NCBI RefSeq assembly: GCF_000143415.4
Contig: NW_003314283.1
Location: 1,540,330-1,604,329, forward strand
From: Selaginella moellendorffii
Taxonomy: Eukaryota > Plantae > Lycopodiophyta
DNA length: 64,000 nucleotides
Direction: 5' to 3'
Shown here: piece after piece, positions 1 through 12,851 of the stretch
Layout of the letters: every line of letters begins with the position of its first letter
How positions within the stretch are numbered: position 1 is the stretch's first letter
Made by a program: the position numbers and the translations under genes
Notes under the pieces: generated by a model
Told to the model about the DNA's origin: nothing
What the model saw: the letters and a program-made list of their open reading frames with translations, nothing else
Databases searched by the model: none

Positions 1-451
1 GGTTTCAACTTCAATGTTGCCTAACGGGTGTAGCTTGATGGTAGAGGCAGAAATCGTCTTTTTGTTCACCACCATAAACTCTCTTCCTTCCCCTAGGTCC
101 TTGGTGAGTCGTTGAAGGGTATCTACTTTCCAATATCATCCAGAAGTTCCTTACCTATGTTTTTTCTAGAAAATCATCCACAACCTATGTAACTGTGTCA
201 ATTAAAGCCCACAAAGAAGTGATAAGAGCCTGGTCCACTTTGAGTGAGCAATTTATAGCTTGTTCATGAATGATCGATCATACCTTGAGCACTACCTGAA
301 ACGTACTTTGACAATCGTTTTCATGTTAATCAAGCCAGAGTTTGTAGCACCATCTACAACTAAAGAGAACAATGTAGGCATCTTTTCCTAAAAATTCTAC
401 AGAAAAACAGAGAATGCCGACTGCCAGCTTCCCCGATCGTCATCATCCTGG

Positions 452-1226
452 TCATCCCCATGTTGTCAAATAAGCAAAGATGCATCTTACGGTGTGGGAG
501 CCATGGCAAGGCAATAAGTGGTACTTGTCATGAGCTACTTTTTGTATGCTGGCGATGTCCGTGCAGGAATTCATATGCTCCACGAAGCCCTCGAGATCAA
601 TCTCAAAAGCAGTTCCCTGCCTCTCCAGAACAAAATCTTCCAGAGCAGGATGCTTGAACACCTCTTCAGCGGGGAAAGTCATCTTGGTTGGGCTTGCTGA
701 AGCTCCTGATCGTGTCCTTGCCCCATGACCGGCACCCCACAAAAAACTTGTAGCTCCCCTTTCGAGCCATCTCGTCGTACTCGAGAGAAAACCCAAACAC
801 CAGATTCACAGACTCAAGCGCGAGAGAGTTCTTCTCCAAGATTGCATCATCCTCGCTGGTGAACGCAACTTCTCCCACCACGATCGGCTCCACAAACCCG
901 TCGCTGCTCTTGGCTCCAAAATCCACCTTCTTGATCACGCCGGAGGAAAGGATCAAATGAGGGAACCCAAAACATACCCTCCTCATGCCGGTCTCGGGTA
1001 TGAGGGTGGCCGCCATCCACATCCGAGCTTGGCCATGGAAATGAGTGTTGTCCCCGCACACCAACAAGCTGCCATTCTCGTATTGCACGCCATAACTCGT
1101 GATCTCTTCGTAGTTTAGTAGCGCCTTGGCTTCCTCCCCGGACACGCCATCGCACACAAGAAACGGCCCTTGCCTCAAGCGTCTCCGGCGAGTAACATCA
1201 TCCAGCACGAGCTTAGCCTTCTTCTA
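452..1226 (-). pseudogene. Uma2/DUF820-like PD-(D/E)XK restriction-endonuclease-fold protein, frameshifted; 5' exon not located
   Basis: ORF 666..1208 has H...KKVDFG...PIVVGEVAFTSE, resembling the Uma2-type K-x-x-D...P-x-x-V-x-E-V-A motif. A different frame (452..796) continues TFPAEEVF...FEIDLEGF. A ttgtag acceptor lies just upstream of KKAKLVLDD. Confidence 0.5.
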
Positions 1227-1772
1227 CAAGAGACTTTACACGCCTAGACTTTAAATCGCTACTCATTTATAAATTTAACCCTAGTCATCATGCACACATT
1301 TAGAGATGGTTGATATTAACAATGGTTCTCCTGAGCCCTGTTTATAAAGGCATGATCACGTACAAATAAACTATGTAACTACTACAAATACTTTCTAGGT
1401 GCAGAATTTCACGCGCTTAACCGGAATGAAGCCACTGATCTTAGAAAGTGTTATCTCGGAAACAAGATAACGTACCTCGGCGTGGGAATGTTTTGACTAT
1501 TGAAACGCGGACCACGATTTAAACAATACAAAGTCATGAAAGGAAGCCTCGTATGAAACTTTTTGCGATGAGCTTCCTCGTTTGACAGCTGACAAAGAGA
1601 AAAACTCTGCTTCAACGCATAACATTTTACCAGTGTATTATAATTGTCAAGTAGAGCCTACCAACTTTGATCTCGCGCTCAAGAGACTTGTATTGTAAAA
1701 TCAGAGAAGACTGGAGCATAAAAACCCGAGCATTTGCTTCCCTTGGTATCTAAACACATTCATCGATCGATC

Positions 1773-4700
1773 ATGGAGGTGGCAATGTCGGGTGATTGTT
1801 TTTCCGAGAGTGGATCGATTCGTTTCGATGATGAAGAGGCTCTCAAGTGGGTTGCGTTGGAAAAGCTTCCAACCCACAATCGTCTCAGGACAGCACTCCT
1901 CCAAAATCTTGGGGAGAATGGGGGGCAGCAAATTACTTATCAGGATGTGAAGAAGCTCGGATCACAAGAAAAGAGGGGCCTCATCCAGAAGCTGCTGGGC
2001 GTCCAGGAGTCGGAGGACGAGAAGTTCGTCAGGAGGCTCCGAGAAAGAATCGATAGGCAAGCTCTTAACTTTGTCACATCGGGATTTTTCTCAGCTCTTT
2101 TCTTTTTCTGTTTGCAGGGTTGGAGTGGAGCTTCCCAAAATCGAAGTCCGGTTTGAGGGTCTCAATGTAGAAGCTGAGGCTCATGTGGGAAAGCGAGCTC
2201 TTCCAACGCTCTACAACTTTGTTGTCAATGGGGTGGAGGGAGTCCTCGGCTTGCTTCATCTCGTTCCATCAAACAAGCATCCACTCCAAGTCTTGCGCGA
2301 TGTCCGTGGCATCATCAAGCCTTCCAGGATGACTTTGCTCTTGGGTCCTCCCAGTGCGGGCAAAACTACGCTCCTTCTAGCACTCGCCGGCAAATTGGAC
2401 AAGTCACTCAAGGCAAGAACAAGTTCTTATCATCTAAAGTTTATCAAGGAAGTTTCTCAAACTCCATTTTCTCTTTTCCCTCATCCAGGTTTCGGGTCGC
2501 ATCACCTACAATGGCTCCGATATGACAGAGTTTGTGCCCCAGAGAACGTCAGCCTACATTAGCCAGCATGACTTGCATATGGGAGAATTGACAGTGAGAG
2601 AAACCTTTGATTTTTCTTCGAGGTGTCAAGGAGTTGGAAGCAGCCATGGTAATTATCTCCAAAGCTATTGCATCACAAGCTTTAGTACTGACTGACAACC
2701 TCTTTTTCTTGTCTACAACAGAAATGGTTATGGAGTTGGCTAGAAGAGAAAAGAATGCCAAGATCAAACCAGACCTTGATATTGATGCTTACATGAAGGT
2801 AAAGAACTTACGAAAAACGTCTCCACTTCCATATATTTTTGTGGAAACAGGCTTCTGCCATCCAAGGCCAGGAAACCACTATTGTCACGGATTACATCCT
2901 GAAGGTATTTCTTCAGTGCTATAATAGTTCAATGTGGACTGAGTTTTTATATATGTTTTCTCGTGTATAGATCCTCGGATTGGACATTTGTGCTGATACA
3001 CTAGTTGGCGATGCAATGCGTAGAGGAATCTCTGGTGGACAAAAGAAGCGTGTTACTACTGGTGAGTGCTCCAACAATTGAGTCGCGAGCTTGCTAACAA
3101 GTTCTTAAAACTTTCAGGTGAGATGCTAGTTGGGCCAGCCAAATCTCTTTTCATGGACGAGATATCGACTGGTCTCGACACCTCCACCACGTACCAAATT
3201 ATAAAAAGTTTGAGGCATACGGTTCACGTGTTGGATGCTACGGTGGTTGTGTCCTTGCTACAACCGGCGCCAGAAACTTACGAGCTCTTCGACGACTTGA
3301 TCCTCCTGGCCGAAGGCCAGATTGTTTATCAGGGTCCACGGGAGCTTGTGCTCGATTTCTTCGTCTCCCAGGGATTCAAGTGTCCTCCAAGGAAAGGAGT
3401 CGCAGATTTCCTACAAGAAGTAACGTCGAGAAAAGATCAGGAGCAGTACTGGGCCGTCGAGGACAAGCCTTACGAATACGTGTCCGTGGATAAATTCGCA
3501 CGCGCATTCGAGGGATTTCATGTTGGTCAGAAGTTAGCCGAGGAGCTTTCAACGCGTTTTGACACAACTAAATCTCATCCAGCGGCACTTGTGACCAAGA
3601 AATACGGCCTTGGCAAGTGGGACATTTTCAAAGCAGTGATGGCAAGGCAAGTGCTTCTGATGAAAAGGGACGCTTTTGTCTACGTCTTCAAGTGTACACA
3701 GGTACGTAGATCTTTTTCACCCAGGATGATCTCAAGTGACTAAAGAAAAACTCGAATTTGCAGCTCTTTATCACGGCCTTGATCACTATGACCGTTTTCC
3801 TACGGACACACATTCAGTCCAACAGCACCGATGATGCGGAACTTTACATGGGAGCCTTGTTTTTTGCCCTGGCTACGATCATGTTCAGTGGTTTTGTGGA
3901 GCTTTCCATGACGATCCAACGCCTTCCGGTGTTTTTCAAGCAACGAGACCAAATGCTGTTTCCTGCCTGGGCATATTCGATCGCGACAGTAATTACGAGG
4001 CTTCCGCTCTCGCTTTTGGAAACAGCAATGTTTGTATTCATGACATACTACGTGATTGGTTTCGCTCCTAGCGTTTCAAGGTTTGTAAAATCCTTACGAG
4101 GCTTTGTTGACATCTCTAATGGTTTATGTCATCTATTTTGACAGACTCTTTCGCCAGTATCTAATTATATTCTTGGTCCATCAGATGGCCGGAGGACTCT
4201 TCCGGTTTATTGCTGCGCTCTCACAGAAGATGGTTGTAGCAAACACTTTTGGGTCGTTTGCTCTGTTGGTCATCTTTTCGCTGGGTGGCTTTGTTCTCTC
4301 CAGAGGTAACGAAACTCGTTTCTCGCAGTTTGTAATATCTAAGTTTCTCCTATTTCTTGGTTCCAGATAGCATTCATGCTTGGTGGATCTGGGGGTACTG
4401 GTCGTCTCCAATGATGTATGGGCAAAGCGCTCTCGCTGTTAATGAGTTTAGTGCATCAAGGTGGCAACAGGTGAGTCCTATCTAAGACAAGCATTTCATT
4501 CTCACAAGTTTAATCATCGATCTTTTCTTTCTTGTAGACTGAAGGGGACTCCACAGATGGAAGGAACTTCCTAGAGTCACGAGGACTTTTTTCTGATGAT
4601 TACTGGTACTGGATTGGAGCTGGTGCTGAGCTTGGCTACGTCATCCTTTTTAATGTTGGTTTCACTTTGGCCTTGACCTATCTTCGCGGTAAGAATTACT

Positions 4701-7298
4701 GATCACTCTTGAAGTTCTTACGTTATAAGATTTCCATCTATTTTCGCAGCTCCCAGTAAATCTAATCAAGCGATAGTCTCGGTCACAGGACACAAGAATC
4801 AGTCTAAGGTTTATGACTCGGGTAAGTCTACGTTTTTCCATTCTCACGAGGGCGATCTGATTTCCCGTATTTGTTTCTTGCAGCTACTGAGCTCGAGCTA
4901 AGCAAACAAGCTGACACCAAGAAAACTGGAATGGTTCTTCCTTTCAAGCCACTGGCGTTGGCCTTCAGCAACGTCAAGTATTACGTAGACATGCCTCCGG
5001 TTGGTTTGCAAAACTGAGCTCTCTTTTTTTGTTGTCTTCCGAAAATCTCATTTCATACTTCCAGGAGATGCTAAAAGAAGGCGTGGACGAGAGCAGACTC
5101 CAGCTTCTTCACGACATAAGCAGCAGCTTCAGGCCTGGAGTTCTTACGGCTCTGATGGGCGTAAGTGGAGCTGGAAAAACTACACTCATGGATGTTTTGG
5201 CTGGACGTAAAACTGGTGGCCACATCGAGGGTGAGATCTCCATCTCGGGATTTCCAAAGAAGCAGGAAACGTTTACTAGAGTCTCTGGCTATTGCGAGCA
5301 AAACGATATCCACTCACCAAACGTGACTGTCTACGAATCGCTCGTCTTTTCGGCTTGGCTTCGACTGTCTGAGGATGTATCCAAGGGGACTAGACTGGTA
5401 AGTGTTTTTGCTGAGCGTTCAAGTTCAAGTGGTTTCTGACTTTGAGCATTTTCTTTTCCCTTGTGGTTTAGATGTTTGTGGAGGAGATAATGGAGCTTGT
5501 GGAGCTCACTCCTATTCGAGATGCCATCGTTGGTCGCCCTGGAATGGACGGGCTCTCCACCGAGCAGCGAAAGAGACTGACAGTAGGAGTAGAACTCGTT
5601 GCGAATCCATCCATCATTTTTATGGACGAGCCAACCTCGGGTCTGGATGCTCGGGCCGCTGCAATCGTCATGAGAACCGTACGTAATACCGTGAACACGG
5701 GACGCACCGTCGTTTGTACCATTCACCAGCCGAGCATTGACATCTTCGAATCCTTTGATGAGGTAAGATCTTTTGATCAACAGAGAGTTTCTCTTTTCCA
5801 GCTTTTGTGCTGATTGTTATGTTTGTGTGGTTTTAGCTGTTGCTCATGCAACGAGGAGGGCGAGTGATTTACTCTGGTCCTCTTGGAAATCATTCGAGCA
5901 GACTCATCGACTACTTTGAAGTACGTGATAGTTTTTTTCTTCTGCAAAACTCGGTTCTAAACGAGCGCGACTTGTTTGTGCAGGCTGTTCCTGGTGTTCC
6001 TTGTATCCCTGACGGATACAATCCGGCAACTTGGATGCTCGAGGTTACGAATCCGGACGTAGAACACCGGCTGAATGTCGACTACTCTGAGATCTACAAG
6101 TCGTCAACTCTCTACCAGTAAGTTATAACATTCTTTGAGAGTTTTGGGACTGATCAATGAATTATCAGGCACAACCAAGCTGTGATTGCTGATCTACGCA
6201 CACCTCCTCCAGGCTCGGTCGACTTGTCTTTCCCTTCGCAATTTCCTCTCTCGTTTGGGGGACAAGTAGTGGCCTGCTTGTGGAAGCAGCATCGATCTTA
6301 CTGGAAGAATCCATACTATGTTTTGGGACGCCTGTTCTTCACGCTCACTGCTGCTCTCATGTTTGGCACTATGTTTTGGGACATCGGCTCGCAAAGGTAG
6401 GCAAGCTTTTGCTGCGATAATGTTTGACAAAGTTGACACGGTTTTGTTTACTTTGCAGAGAAAGGCAGCAAGACTTGTTCAATCTCATGGGATCCATGTT
6501 TTCGGCCGTGTATTTCATTGGAGTTTGCAACGCAGTGGGAGTTCAACCGGTTGTTTCAGTGGAGCGAGCTGTTTACTATCGAGAGAAAGCCGCTGGAATG
6601 TACTCCGCTCTCCCTTACGCCTTTGCTCAGGTAATGTAGTTTGAAGCTTTGGCTATGGTGACACGAAGAAACATATCTCAGACGTTTCTTTCAGGTGATT
6701 ATCGAGCTCTTCTACGTTTTGGTTCAGGCAGTTTCATACGCGGCCATTGTCTACTCGATGATGAAACTCGAGTGGACGGCCGCAAAGTTTTTGTGGTTCG
6801 TCTTCTTCTCCTACTTCTCCTTCCTCTTCTTCACGCTCTACGGGATGATGGCCGTGGCAATCACACCCAACGAGAGGGTGGCGGCCATTTGTTCGACGGG
6901 ATTCTACGCAGTGTGGAACCTCTTCGCGGGTTTTCTCATCCCTCGACCGGTACGTATATGATCAATCTTTTTTCGCTTTTGCTCGATCGAGGAGACTCAT
7001 TTTTTTGTCTTGCACGATGCAGAGCATGCCAATTTGGTGGAGATGGTGCTACTGGCTTTCGCCACCCGCGTGGACGCTGTATGGAATCATCACTTCTCAG
7101 CTCGGGGATATTACTGCGCCACTGAGGCTCACAGACGAGACGAGGCAGCCAGTGCCAGTGCAAGAGTTTTTGAGAGACTACTTCGGCTACGAGCACGATT
7201 TCCTGGGTGTGGTCGCAGGCGTGCATGTTGCGCTCGTCGTCACAATCGCGGTCGTCTTCGGCCTGTGCATCAAGTTCTTGAACTTCCAGAGACGATGA
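1773..7298 (+). CDS. PDR: Full-size ABCG (pleiotropic drug resistance, PDR) transporter, multi-exon
   Basis: DDEEALKW; Walker [12 protein letters not shown]; [12 protein letters not shown]; [10 protein letters not shown]; second [24 protein letters not shown]; [11 protein letters not shown]; [18 protein letters not shown]; C-terminal LNFQRR*. Confidence 0.97.
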
Positions 7299-7518
7299 AG
7301 CGATTTCTCTATGACACTTCCTCAAATTCTTCCAGGACCCTTTGCAAATGTAAATACTACCCAGCGAAGGGAGTTACATGTAAACAAAGATCCAATTTTT
7401 CCATAGAACATCGCCACGAGAAGGATTTCTCTTGCTCGAACGAGGTGGCAAATCCAGTATATAGCATTTAAGTAGAAGCCCTTGACGTTTATTTGGCCTT
7501 TAGAGTGAGAGCGCTGCT

Positions 7519-8057
7519 ATGGCGTCGTCCTCTCTAGTCGTGCACTGCAATCCCAGCTTCTGGGCTCGCTCCAAAACTTGTTCCAAGCCCGCGATTCCAC
7601 AGGCGTGCTTGAAACAACGGCACCAGCATTCTCTTATCGTCACCAAGGCAAGTATTTCCTCTAATTCCCATAGCTAAGTACCGCATTCTTGGTTTCCAGG
7701 CAAGTAGCAGCGCTCCTCCTTCGCCATCTTCGTCTGGAAGCAAGAGCATCATCTGTCCAGAGTGTACTGGAAATGGTGAGCTTTTTTTTGTTTCTCATGG
7801 ATTGTTCTTCAAATTCTATTCTTTTTCACAGGGGCGAAGTCTTGCACCTCATGCAAAGGCGATGGCGTCAACTTGGAGGATCATTTTGGAGGACGTTTCA
7901 AAACCGGAGAGATGTGCTGGCTGTGCAGGTACTGCTAAAACTTGTTCTTCCGATTGAGAAACCGAGAAAACTTTCCAGGGGGAAGAGGCAGATCTTGTGT
8001 GGAAACTGCAATGGTGCTGGCTTTGTTGGAGGCTTTCTGAGCACCGTAGACGACTGA
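7519..8057 (+). CDS. BSD2: BSD2, chloroplast DnaJ-type zinc-finger Rubisco assembly chaperone (4 exons)
   Basis: Spliced product has a Ser-rich transit peptide, then CPECTGNG, CTSCKGDGVNLEDHFGGRFKTGEMCWLCRG, CGNCNGAGFVGGFLSTVDD*, matching the BSD2 CxxCxGxG repeats and C-terminus. Confidence 0.92.
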
Positions 8058-8165
8058 GAGATCTAGAAACGGGTGAGACGATGCAAACCAACTTTCTGGA
8101 TTAAAAGAGATCTTAGTTCGTGTCACTCGCTAACGCTTTGCTAGAGCTCACTCTCAAAAGATATC

Positions 8166-9279
8166 ATGATAACTCTCGATGCTCGCAACTTTCTTCCACC
8201 GCTGGGCAAGAATCTGCAAATCCAGCACCAGCAGCCACAGCACAAGCTCAAGCCGACGACGACGAGAAGAAAATTGGCCATTTTGTCGACGATTGGAGTG
8301 CCAGCCACTTTGCTTTTCGGCTTGACGAGTGTGGCTCGGTGCGAGCAAGTGAGGCTGGAAGACGTTGACAATCCAAAGTTGCGGGAGGCGATTCGAGCAG
8401 CTGTAAGTGGTGACTTTGATTATGCCGAGGCCCTCTTCTCGGAGCTTCTATCCGAGGATGATACAAATGCTAGCGTGTGGTCCAACCGTGGAAACGTGAG
8501 AGTGTCACTCAAGAAGTACCAGCAAGCGCTAGAAGATTACACGAAAGCAGTAATTCTTGCGCCTGGAGCACCAGTTCCGCTGCTCAATCGAGCCATTGCG
8601 AACGAGGTAAATAAGTTCTTCTAGACTTTCACTCAAACTCTATCTTTTGTACTCAGGCGCTAGGAAACTATGGCGATGCCATTGCTGACTGTGAGGCAGC
8701 CATTAAAATCGATCCTCGGGTATTTCTTGTTGTTTTTGTTCTTCGCTTAGGAAGAAATTTACAGGAGTACGCAGCGTGGTATAATCTGGGAAACGTGGAT
8801 GTTCGTGTCAAAAACTATGCTGCTGCTGCAAGTGCTTACGAGAGAGCTGCCACTTTAGCTCCTGGAATCGCAGGATACCGATTCAAGCAAGCACTAGTTC
8901 TCTTCCAGGTAAGTAAGACTCCCGCATCTTTAGTTTTCTTTTGCTTTGATGGAGCATTCAGCTAGATCAAGTCCAAGCAGCAAAGAAATTGCTGCAAGGC
9001 CTCGTGAGGAAGTATCCCAACTATGCCGAAGCTCATGCAGCATTAGCAGCTCTTCTCTGGAAAGAAGGCAACCGAAGCCAAGCAGAAGACCAGTTCAATC
9101 AAGCCGGCGTGCAAAATCCAAATTTTAGCGATGCAAGGTCTGGAAACATGGATTTAGTTCTGTGAAAAGCTGCTTTGATGGATTTCCTGTGTTGTATAAG
9201 GTGGATAGGCTCGAGCTTGGAATGGCCTCCTGCCGTGGTTGACGCAATGGACAAGTTCCTGGAGATCAATATCAAGTAA
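8166..9279 (+). CDS. TPR-repeat protein with predicted plastid transit peptide and twin-Arg thylakoid-lumen signal
   Basis: TTRRKLAILSTIGVPATLLFGLTSVARC (RR, hydrophobic core, candidate cleavage site). TPRs VWSNRGNVRV...ALEDYTKA and AWYNLGNV. C-terminal VRKYPNYAEAHAALAALLW...WPPAVVDAMDKFL. Confidence 0.8.
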
Positions 9280-10264
9280 GTGGAAGAACGCAAGAGTCTA
9301 TTAGTTCGCAAGTTTGTGGGGAGAGGCGAATGGAAACATGGAAGTCTATCCGCGCTCATGCTCTAGTTTTCCTCGTGTATGCCTTCATCGTCAGCAGAGC
9401 AAGGAAGAGCAACTTGGAGCGGAGGTGGAGCTTGTGGAGTCGATGGAGTCGATGAAGTTGATGGCGATGAAGGGCAATAATCAGCAGGAGGGCTCGCTTG
9501 CTCATTACTTTCGGAATTGTACATGGGAGAGACTGTGTAGGATCTGTGATAAATCATTGATCACGTATAAGAAACCAAAGCTTCTACACAATTTTTATTT
9601 TGTGATTTACCTGAGCTACCACCACCACCTCCACCACCTCCGTGATGACCTCCATCGTCACCGATGGCCTGCTATTGTAACTGTTATAAGAAGCAAACTT
9701 AGCAATGCTAGAAGCAAAAAACATTTCATTGCTAAGATTGCTAAGATTTAATCAATTAAACTTGATTCTTGAGATTGAATAACCTTTCAAAGTTTATATA
9801 TATCAGGAATTCACCTATTTTCATTTCTATATGGCACTAAAATTATTACTAATTTCTCATTTTGTCATGATACATTCTATCTATATTTGAGAAATAAAAT
9901 TACCTCAAAGAATATTTGCAAGATAAATTATCCATACAATGGTAAGAGAGCATAAGCTGTTTCTTGTTTGGAAAGAAGGAAACAATCTATCTTACATAAT
10001 ACTATATAACACCACAAAGGCAAGAGTGTGTAGAGAAAAAAGAGATATAAAGAAGACTCCGCCGCTGTCACTCCCCCCTTGCAAATTCGCTGCCAAGAAC
10101 CAAGAACCATTCGTGTGTTCTATACACTTTCTTCCAGCAGCTCCCACTTTTGTTCCTTGTTTTTGATTTTCAGTCGCTCGCATTGCTGCTGCTCTTCGCT
10201 GTGATCCAGTTTTCGCTGGTAGATCGTAGTAAAGCAAAGCACAGTTGTTCTGGAATTCCCCTCT

Positions 10265-12035
10265 TCAGCCATCGTAACCAAAGCTTCCCTTCTTTCTATC
10301 TCTACTGTTGTTATTGCTCTCCCCCCAAGCTCGGTCTCTTTGCTCGCGAGTGGCCACTGCTTTGGCGTGTCTGGTAGCAGCATGCGTCGGGCTGTCCCTG
10401 TGACCACCTTCCAAATCGTCGGAAGAATTCCCCCCACCACCATTTGCAGCACGGAAGCGAGGATCCTTGGACCGCAACTCTGGCGTTCCCTGAGCCGATG
10501 GTAGTGACGATCTAGCCCCTCTATCCCTGAGCCGTCTCTCTTCCGTCCCACTCGACTTCTTCTCTCGCTCACGCCTGTCCCTGGACGGCGTCGAGGGAGC
10601 GAACCTGCTGTTGTTTGCTGGATAAAGACCCGGATCGTAAGTTTGGGACGCTAGATAGTTTAGAGCCGTCACCACGTCCCCTATGAGCGGCCGCGTATTT
10701 GCCTGCTCTTGGAGACACATCGCTGCTACTGCGAGAGCCTGATACAAGCCTCTCATTGGATAGTGGCCTTGAAGGAGTGGATCGGCCATAGAAGGAAACT
10801 TTCGTCGATCTTTGAAGAGGGGTCTAGCCTGCGCGTAAAGTACGTGTATGAAAGAAGGAAAACAAAAAGGAGTACAAAAACTTACCCATGCAACAAGATT
10901 GTGCTCTCCGGCCGGCCTAGCATTGTCGATAGCTTTCCGTCCAGTGATGAGCTCCAAAAGAACGACTCCGAAACTGTACACGTCCGACTTGAGGGTCAAC
11001 TGTCCCGTCATGGCATACTCAGGTGCACAGTAGCCATAAGTTCCCATCACACGGGTTGAAACGTGTGTTTTGTCCCCAACTGGACCCAGCTTTGCAAGAC
11101 CGAAATCTGAGAGCTTGGGATGATGCCCCTCGCCGAGTAAGATGTTTGATGACTTGAAATCCCGATAGATAACTGGCGGATTTGCTTTGTCATGCAGGTA
11201 CTCCAGTCCCCTGGCAGCTCCCGCAGCTATTTTCATCCTTGTGTTCCAGCCCAACGGTTCCTTGTCAGCCGGCACGTCTGCACGAAAGCTCACTCAGTTT
11301 CGTATGTAGGAAACAACTAAATTAATAGACAAACCGTGTAGATGATCTTCCAGGCTCCCAAGCTGCATAAACTCGTAGACGAGAAGCCTTTGATCGCCAT
11401 CAGCACAATAGCCGATCAAATTGACGAGATTTGGATGGTGAAGCAAGCTGAGCATCAGAACTTCCACCAAGAATTCTCTGTTTCCTTGAAGTCCGTTTCT
11501 ATCCAGCTGCTTCACTGCCACAACCTGCAGTGTTGGAAGGAGGAAAACTTGTTAGAACAAAACCAAACAAGAAAGAAAAAACTGGTTTTGCAAGAGAGCA
11601 AGAACACCGAACCTGGCCACTGTCCAAGCGCCCTTTGTAGACACGGCCAAAGCCTCCTTCGCCGAGCATACACTCCGGTCGAAAATTCTTGGTTGCCGAG
11701 GCAAGCTCGCGGAACGTAAATGTTTGCGCAGCAATCTTGGACTCGTCGCCGCGACTCCCTTCCTTTTTTGCATCGAAGAAGCCTTTGGATTTGAGCTTAT
11801 CTGCATCGACAGCCCATCAGTTCCCGCCAGCAAGCAATGTACATTGCCTAATTCACACCCGCATTTCACAGCGCAATGGGATCAAGGGCAAGAACAAACC
11901 CAGATCGCCCGCATTCTCCGAGCTACACTCACCGGATGCGGTCTTATTGAAGGATCCGGCGCTGTCCTCCCTCCTCAGCCCTTTCCTCCCTGATGCCTGC
12001 TTCTTGGAGGAGCCGAAGCACGCGAAGCAGCCCAT
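10265..12035 (-). CDS. Receptor-like cytoplasmic kinase VII (PBS1/PBL27-like)
   Basis: MGCFACF acylation motif; [20 protein letters not shown]; YRDFKSSN; [26 protein letters not shown] (contains the PBS1-type GDK motif). Confidence 0.95.
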
Positions 12036-12224
12036 AGCTGAGGAACTAGGGCGAAATTTCAGTCGATCCTAGAGCTTACATCCGTCCCTGAGCTCCGCCC
12101 GCCTCCTCCGCCTCCCCCGCCACGCTTCCGCCTCCTCTGCCAGTTCCATCTCGCATCAAAACCCTAGATAATGCACGACCGCGTTCACATGCTCCCCGCG
12201 CGGTGACGCACTATCCCCACGGTC

Positions 12225-12374
12225 GCATATTCCACGGGCAAGGCCAGGGTATATTCCACAGTCATGCATGTGTGCCATGCCATGCCAATGCCATGCCAAT
12301 GCCATGGGGCCGTTACAGCAATGATTTTATGGTGGCGCGCATGAGTAGCGCGTGTTTTTAGCCTAGGTATATTC
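12225..12374. promoter_or_regulatory. Cluster of three P1BS (GNATATNC) elements upstream of the RLCK
   Basis: GCATATTC 12225-12232, GTATATTC 12249-12256 and GTATATTC 12367-12374, lying 190-340 bp upstream of the kinase ATG. Confidence 0.5.
12273..12306. repeat. Short tandem repeat of TGCCA / TGCCAA units
   Basis: tgccatgccatgccaatgccatgccaatgccatg read directly. Confidence 0.75.
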
Positions 12375-12851
12375 CTTATCGCCCCCGCTAGTATCGTAGC
12401 GTAGTTGTTTACGCGCGCTACTACTACAGCGTACTATACTCCTCCCCCGGTTTTAAATCTCTCGGATTCCAAAAGGATTCCAATCCCCGTACGCCCTGGG
12501 CCAGTTTTAGAAATGTACCTCTACCGTACAATATATAGCGGCACGAGTGAGAGGTCACTTTGACACGACGCGATTCTCCACGTTTTGGTGTGACACCACC
12601 AAACTATAACCTGACCACTAGCTAGCAGTAACTAGTTTCTTACATTTTCTTTTCTACCTCGAGTCGAGGTGGATACTAAGTAGAGAGTCACTAGACGTAA
12701 ATGTATGGGAAGGTTTCTTATAAAAATGAAATGTATCTAGCTCTACTCTTATCCATCAGTTTCATTGGTAGTCAAAATGGAACCATAACTGATATATGAG
12801 ATAAATAAATAATAATATTCTATTCCGATACTCTGGCACGTGTCAGCCTAG

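Noticed and set aside
26-62. tRNA-like 5' segment CGGGTGTAGCTTGATGGTAGAG (A-box-like)
   Set aside because: No B-box/T-arm, anticodon stem or complementary acceptor stem follows; likely chance.
9314-9751. 145-aa ORF with a His-rich stretch
   Set aside because: Non-ATG start, low complexity from a CAC/CTC microsatellite, no motifs; looks like 3' UTR/intergenic sequence.
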